The notes under the pieces were generated by a model. The model did no database searches and was not told where the DNA came from. It saw only the letters and a program-made list of their open reading frames with translations. From assembly GCA_964016885.1 (NCBI GenBank), contig CAXHJY010000096.1:2418001-2482000 (forward strand): 64,000 nucleotides of DNA, given 5' to 3'. Below, in pieces: positions 57,501 through 64,000 of the stretch. A program made the translations under genes and the position numbers. Position 1 is the first letter of the stretch; each line of letters starts with the position of its first letter. Source of the DNA: Eledone cirrhosa. Its lineage: Eukaryota.

Positions 57501-60500
57501 GGGAGATAATTTGTAAAAAAAATCAGGGGTAGATAATTTGTAAAAAAAAATCAGGGGGAGATAATTTGTAAAAAAAAATCAGGGGGAGATAATTTGTAAA
57601 AAAAATGAAAGGGGAGATAATATCCAGCCGTCCAAGGGGAGATAATTTCCAGCCGTCCAAGGGGAGATAATTTCCAGCCGTCCAAGGGGAGATAATTTCC
57701 ATCCTTCCAAGGGGATATAATTTCCAGCCGTCCAAGGGGAGATAATTTCCATCCTTCCAAGGGGATATAATTTCCAGCCGTCCAAGGGGAGATAATTTTC
57801 AGCCGTCCAAGGAGAGGTAATTTCTAGCCGTCCAAGGAGAGATAATTTCCAGCCGTCCAAGGGGAGATAATTTCCAGCCGTCCAAGGGGAGATAATTTCC
57901 AGCCGTCCAAGGAGACATATTTTCCAGCCGTCCAAGGAGAGGTAATTCCTAGCCGTCCAAGGGGAGATAAATTCCAGCCTCCAAGGGGAGATAATTTCCA
58001 GCCAGCCAAGGGGAGATAATTTGTAAAAAAAATCAGGGGGAGATAATTTGTAAAAAAAATCAGGGGGAGATAATTTGTAAAAAAAAATCAGGGGTAGATA
58101 ATTTGTAAAAAATAATCAGGGGGAGATAATTTGTAAAAAAAATCAAGGGGAGATAATTTCCAGCCGTCCAAGGGGAGATAATTTTCAGCCGTCCAAGGGG
58201 AGATAATTTCCCGCCAGCCAAGGGAAGATAATATTTAAAAAAATTAGGCGGAGATAATTTGTAAAAAAAATCAGGGGGAGATAATTTGTAAAAAAATCAG
58301 GGGGAGATAATTTGTAAAAAAAATCAGGGGGAGATAATTTGTAAAAAAAATCAGGGGGAGATAATTTGTAAAAAAAAATCAGGGGGAGATAATTTGTAAA
58401 AAAAATCAAGGGGAGATAATTTCCAGCCGTCCAAGGGAAGATAATTTCCAGCCCTCCAAGGGGCTATAATTTCCAGCGTCCAAGGGGAGATAATTTCCAG
58501 CCAGCGAAGGGGAGATAATTTTTTTTAAAAAATCATTGGGAGATTTGTAAAAAAAATCAGGGGGAGATAATTTGTAAAAAAAATCAAGGGGAGATAATTT
58601 CCAGCCGTCCAAGGGGAGGTAATATCTAGCCGTCCAAGGGGAGATAATTTCCAGCCGTCCAAGGGGAGATAATTTCCAGCCGTCCAAGGGTAGATAATAT
58701 CCAGCCGTCCAAGGACATATTTTCCAGCCGTCCAAGGAGAGGTAATTTCTAGCCGTCCAAGGGGAGATAAATTCCAGCCTCCAAGGTGAGATAATTTCCA
58801 GCCAGCCAAGGGGAGATAATTTGTAAAAAAATCAGGGGGAGATAATTTGTAAAAAAAATCAGGGGGAGATAATTTGTAAAAAAATCAGGGGGAGATAATT
58901 TGTAAAAAAAATCAGGGGGAGATAATTTGTAAAAAAAATCAGGGGGAGATAATTTGTAAAAAAAAATCAGGGGGAGATAATTTGTAAAAAAAATCAAGGG
59001 GAGATAATTTCCAGCCGTCCAAGGGAAGATAATTTCCAGCCCTCCAAGGGGCTATAATTTCCAGCGTCCAAGGGGAGATAATTTCCAGCCAGCGAAGGGG
59101 AGATAATTTTTTTTAAAAAATCATTGGGAGATTTGTAAAAAAAATCAGGGGGAGATAATTTGTAAAAAAAATCAAGGGGAGATAATTTCCAGCCGTCCAA
59201 GGGGAGGTAATATCTAGCCGTCCAAGGGGAGATAATTTCCAGCCGTCCAAGGGGAGATAATTTCCAGCCGTCCAAGGGTAGATAATATCCAGCCGTCCAA
59301 GGACATATTTTCCAGCCGTCCAAGGAGAGGTAATTTCTAGCCGTCCAAGGGGAGATAAATTCCAGCCTCCAAGGTGAGATACTTCCAGCCAGCCAAGGGG
59401 AGATAATTTGTAAAAAAATCAGGGGGAGATAATTTGTAAAAAAAATCAGGGGGAGATAATTTGTAAAAAAAAATCAGGGGGAGATAATTTGTAAAAAAAA
59501 ATCAGGGGGAGATAATTTGTAAAAAAAAATCAGGGGGAGATAATTTGTAAAAAAATCAAGGGGAGATAATTTCCAGCCGTCCAAGGGGAGATAATTTTCA
59601 GCCGTCCAAGGGGAGATAATTTCCCGCCAGCCAAGGGAAGATAATATTTGAAAAAATCAGGCGGAGATAATTTGTAAAAAAAATCAGGGGGAGATAATTT
59701 GTAAAAAAATCAGGGGGAGATAATTTGTAAAAAAAAAATCAGGGGGAGATAATTTGTAAAAAGAATCAGGGGGAGATAATTTGTAAAAAAAAATCAGGGG
59801 TAGATAAATTGTAAAAAAAAATCAGGGGGAGATAATTTGTAAAAAAAATCAGGGGGAGATAATTTGTAAAAAAAATGAAAGGGGAGATAATATCCAGCCG
59901 TCCAAGGGGAGATAATTTCCAGCCGTCCAAGGGGAGATAATTTCCAGCCGTCCAAGGGGAGATAATTTCCATCCTTCCAAGGGGATATAATTTCCAGCCG
60001 TCCAAGGGGAGATAATTTCCCGCCAGCCAAGGGAAGATAATTTTTAAAAAAATCAGGCGGAGATTGTAAAAAAAATCAGGGGGGAGATAATTTGTAAAAA
60101 AATCAGGGGGAGATAATTTGTAAAAAAAAATCAGGGGGAGATAATTTGTAAAAAATATTCAGGGGGAGATAATTTGTAAAAAAAATCAAGGGGAGATAAT
60201 TTCCAGCCGTCCAAGGGGAGATAATTTCCCGCCAGCCAAGGGAAGATAATATTTAAAAAAATTAGGCGGAGATAATTTGTAAAAAAAATCAGGGGGAGAT
60301 AATTTGTAAAAAAATCAGGGGGAGATAATTTGTAAAAAAAATCAGGGGGAGATAATTTGTAAAAAAATTCATGGGGAGATAATTTGTAAAAAAAAATCAG
60401 GGGTAGATAATTTGTAAAAAAAAATCAGGGGGAGATAATTTGTAAAAAAAAATCAGGGGGAGATAATTTGTAAAAAAAATCAAGGGGAGATAATTTCCAG

Positions 60501-63500
60501 CCGTCCAAGGGGAGATAATTTTCAGCCGTCCAAGGAGAGGTAATTTCTAGCCGTCCAAGGGGAGATAATTTCCAGCCGTCCAAGGGGAGGTAATTTCCAG
60601 CCGTCCAAGGGGAGATAATTTTAAAAAAAAAATCAGTCGGAGATAATTTGTAAAAAAAATCAAGGGGAGATAATTTGCAGCCGTCCAAGGGGAGATAATT
60701 TTCAGTCGTCCAAGGAGAGGTAATTTCTAGCCGTCCAAGGGGAGATAATTGCCAGCCGTCCAAGGGGAGATAATTTCCAGCCGTCCAAGGGGAGATAATT
60801 TTTTTTAAAAAATCAGGCGGAGATAATTTGTAAAAAAAATCAGGGGGAGATAATTTGTAAACAAAATCAGGGGGAGATAATTTGTAAAAAAAAATCAGGG
60901 GGAGATAATTTGTAAAAAAAATCATGGAGAGATAATTTCCAGCCGTCCAAGGTGAGATAATTTCCAGCCGTCCAAGGAGACATATTTTCCAGCCGTCCAA
61001 GGCGAGGTAATTTCTAGCCGTCCAAGGGGAGATAAATTCCAGCCTCCAAGGGGAGATAATTTCCAGCTAGCCAAGTGGAGATAATTTGTAAAAAAATCAG
61101 GGGGAGATAATTTGTAAAAAATATCAGGGAGATAATTTGTAAAAAAAAATCAGGGGGAGATAATTTGTAAAAAAAATCAGGGGGAGATAATTTGTAAAAA
61201 AAAATCAGGGGGAGATAATTTGTAAAAAAAATCAAGGGGAGATAATTTCCAGCCGTCCAAGGGGAGATAATTTTCAGCCGTCCAAGGGGAGATAATTTCC
61301 CGCCAGCCAAGGGAAGATAATATTTAAAAAAATCAGGCGGAGATAATTTGTAAAAAAAATCAGGGGGAGATAATTTGTAAAAAAATCAGGGGGAGATAAT
61401 TTGTAAAAAAAAAATCAGGGGGAGATAATTTGTAAAAAAAATCAGGGGGAGATAATTTGTAAAAAAAAATCAGGGATAGATAATTTGTAAACAAAAATCA
61501 GGGGGAGATAATTTGTAAAAAAAAATCAGGGGGAGATAATTTGTAAAAAAAATGAAAGGGGAGATAATATCCAGCCGTCCAAGGGGAGATAATTTCCAGC
61601 CGTCCAAGGGGATATAATTTCCAGCCGTCCAAGGGGAGATAATTTCCATCCTTCCAAGGGGATATAATTTCCAGCCGTCCAAGGGGAGATAATTTCCCGC
61701 CAGCCAAGGGAAGATAATTTTTAAAAAAATCAGGCGGAGATTGTAAAAAAAATCAGGGGGGAGATAATTTGTAAAAAAATCAGGGGGAGATAATTTGTAA
61801 AAAATAATCAGGGGGAGATAATTTGTAAAAAAATTCAAGGGGAGATAATTTCCAGCCGTCCAAGGGGAGATAATTTCCCGCCAGCCAAGGGAAGATAATA
61901 TTTAAAAAAATTAGGCGGAGATAATTTGTAAAAAAAATCAGGGGGAGATAATTTGTAAAAAAATCAGGGGGAGATAATTTGTAAAAAAAATCAGGGGGAG
62001 ATAATTTGTAAAAAAAATCATGGGGAGATAATTTGTAAAAAAAAATCAGGGGTAGATAATTTGTAAAAAAAAATCAGGGGGAGATAATTTGTAAAAAAAA
62101 ATCAGGGGGAGATAATTTGTAAAAAAAATCAAGGGGAGATAATATCCAGCCGTCCAAGGAGAGATAATTTAAAAAAAAAATGAGGCGGAGATAATTTGTA
62201 AAAAAAAAATCAGGGGGAGTTAATTTGTAAAAAAAAATGAGGGGGAGATAATTTGTAAAAAAAATCAAGGGGAGATAATTTCCAGCCGTCCAAGGGGAGA
62301 TAATTTTCAGCCGTCCAAGGAGAGGTAATTTCTAGCCGTCCAAGGGGAGATAATTTCCAGCCGTCCAAGGGGAGGTAATTTCCAGCCGTCCAAGGGGAGA
62401 TAATTTTAAAAAAAAAATCAGGCGGAGATAATTTGTAAAAAAAATCAAGGGGAGATAATTTGCAGCCGTCCAAGGGGAGATAATTTTCAGTCGTCCAAGG
62501 AGAGGTAATTTCTAGCCGTCCAAGGGGAGATAATTTCCAGCCGTCCAAGGGGAGATAATTTCCAGCCGTCCAAGGGGAGATAATTTTTTTTAAAAAATCA
62601 GGCGGAGATAATTTGTAAAAAAAATCAGGGGGAGATAATTTGTAAACAAAATCAGGGGGAGATAATTTGTAAAAAAAAATCAGGGGGAGATAATTTGTAA
62701 AAAAAATTAGGCGTAGATAATTTGTAAAAAAAAATCAGGGGGAGATAATTTGTAAAAAAAAATCAGGGGGAGATAATTTGTTTAAAAAATCAAGGGGAGA
62801 TAATTTGCAGCCGTCCAAGGGGAGATAATTTTCAGCCGTCCAAGGAGAGGTAATTTCTAGCCGTTCAAGGGGAGATAATTTCCAGCCGTCCAAGGGGAGA
62901 TAATTTCCAGCCGTCCAAGGGGAGATAATTTTTTTTAAAAAATCAGGCGGAGATAATTTGTAAAAAAAAATCAGGGGGAGATAATTCGTAAAAAAAAATC
63001 AGGGGGAGATAATTTGTAAAAAAAAATCAGGGGGAGATAATTTGTAAAAAAAATCAAGGGGAGATAATTTCCAGCCGTCCAAGGGGAGGTAATATCTAGC
63101 CGTCCAAGGGGAGATAATTTCCAGCCGTCCAAGGGGAGATAATTTCCAGCCGTCCAAGGGGAGATAATTTCCAGCCGTCCAAGGAGACATATTTTCCAGC
63201 CGTCCAAGGCGAGGTAATTTCTAGCCGTCCAAGGGGAGATTAATTCCAGCCTCCAAGGGGAGATAATTTCCAGCCAGCCAAGGGGAGATAATTTGTAAAA
63301 AAATCAGGGGGAGATAATTTGTAAAAAATATCAGGGAGATAATTTGTAAAAAAAAATCAGGGGGAGATAATTTGTAAAAAAAATCAGGGGGAGATAATTT
63401 GTAAAAAAAAATCAGGGGGAGATAATTTGTAAAAAAAATCAAGGGGAGATAATTTCCAGCCGTCCAAGGGGAGATAATTTTCAGCCGTCCAAGGAGAGGT

Positions 63501-64000
63501 AATTTCTAACCGTCCGAGGAGAGATAATTTCCAGCCGTCCAAGGGGAGATAATTTCCAGCCGTCCAAGGGGAGATAATTTCCAGCCGTCCAAGGAGACAT
63601 ATTTTCCAGCCGTCCAAGGAGAGGTAATTTCTAGCCGTCCAAGGGGAGATAAATTCCAGCCTCCAAGGGGAGATAATTTCCAGCCAGCCAAGGGGAGATA
63701 ATTTGTAAAAAAATCAGGGGGAGATAATTTGCAAAAAAAATCAGGGGGAGATAATTTGTAAAAAAAATCAGGGGGAGATAATTTGTAAAAAATAATCAGG
63801 GGGAGATAATTTCCAGCCGTCCAAGGGAAGATAATTTCCAGCCCTCCAAGGGGCTATAATTTCCAGTGTCCAAGGGGAGATAATTTCCAGCCAGCGAAGG
63901 GGAGATAATTTTTTTTAAAAAATCATTGGGAGATTTGTAAAAAAAATCAGGGGGAGATAATTTGTAAAAAAAATCAAGGGGAGATAATTTCCAGCCGTCC
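42560..64000 (+). repeat. 7,019-bp tandem higher-order repeat, about 3 copies (the third carries a 588-bp internal duplication)
   Basis: Offsets are 7018-7020 (43486/50504, 45141/52160, 48346/55365, 50504/57523), then 7606 (52160/59766, 55365/62971). Private variants TCAGTCGG, CCAGCTAGCC, GGGATAGAT and GAGATTAATT each occur three times. Confidence 0.95.
58251..59455 (+). repeat. 588-bp tandem duplication within the third 7-kb HOR copy
   Basis: Identical ORFs at 58406/58994 and CATTGGG at 58534/59122. Confidence 0.92.

Larger units (their letters stand above)
1..64000 (+). repeat. Composite two-monomer (about 27 bp A-type / 25 bp B-type) tandem satellite array filling the window and running off both ends
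   Basis: GGGGAGATAATTT or a close variant recurs every 24-31 bp from the first line to the last. It is followed either by GT(A)nTCA (type A) or by CCAGCCGTCCAA (type B). No inverted monomers or non-repeat sequence were seen. Confidence 0.99.

Noticed and set aside
88-63691. The many minus-strand ORFs (LDGWKLSP, WTAGNYLP, FFYKLSPPD repeats)
   Set aside because: The reverse complement of B has no stop codon in any frame and that of A has only one TGA, while the + strand has TAA in each monomer. ORFs overlap in all three frames, most begin at TTG within the repeat, and the 25-bp period and variable A-tracts do not preserve frame.
1-64000. CRISPR-like repeat-spacer array
   Set aside because: The apparent spacers are only 8-14 bp and of two recurring types, not unique 26-45-bp sequences. 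There is no leader and there are no cas genes.
1-64000. Canonical G-quadruplex or telomeric repeat tract
   Set aside because: G4-5 runs are separated by about 21-25 nt, much longer than typical G-quadruplex loops. The unit is not a telomerase repeat I recognise, and faithful multi-kb HORs imply recombinational amplification.
1-64000. Poly(A)-tailed retroelement fragments or intrinsic terminators at the A/T tracts
   Set aside because: The tracts are integral parts of monomer A. There are no target-site duplications, element bodies, GC hairpins or upstream genes.
1-64000. Purely synthetic or low-quality sequencing artefact
   Set aside because: Rare variants and A-tract lengths are inherited hierarchically between copies, as expected for an evolved array. 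The copy number of the near-identical HORs still needs read validation.

Overview
The whole 64 kb window is one uninterrupted, single-orientation, non-coding satellite array. I see no genes, RNA genes, transposon insertions or unique sequence. It is built from two short monomers that share a 17-bp core, YCARGGGGAGATAATTT. Type A is TCAGGGGGAGATAATTTGT(A)7-12 (27 bp with A8, about 30% GC). Type B is CCAAGGGGAGATAATTTCCAGCCGT (25 bp, 52% GC). About 2,400 monomers (estimated from length) alternate in A-blocks and B-blocks joined by stereotyped junction variants. These form a small vocabulary of cassettes that is reshuffled into nested higher-order repeats (HORs): about 10.7 kb (about 2.3 copies), 4,764 bp (x2) and 7,019 bp (about x3), plus local duplications of about 211, 255, 588, 746, 830 and 1,117 bp. 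All listed ORFs are repeat artefacts on the stop-poor minus strand. The architecture resembles eukaryotic centromeric, pericentromeric or subtelomeric satellite DNA, but organism and function cannot be determined from the sequence alone. HOR boundaries were read by eye and from ORF-track offsets, so they are approximate.
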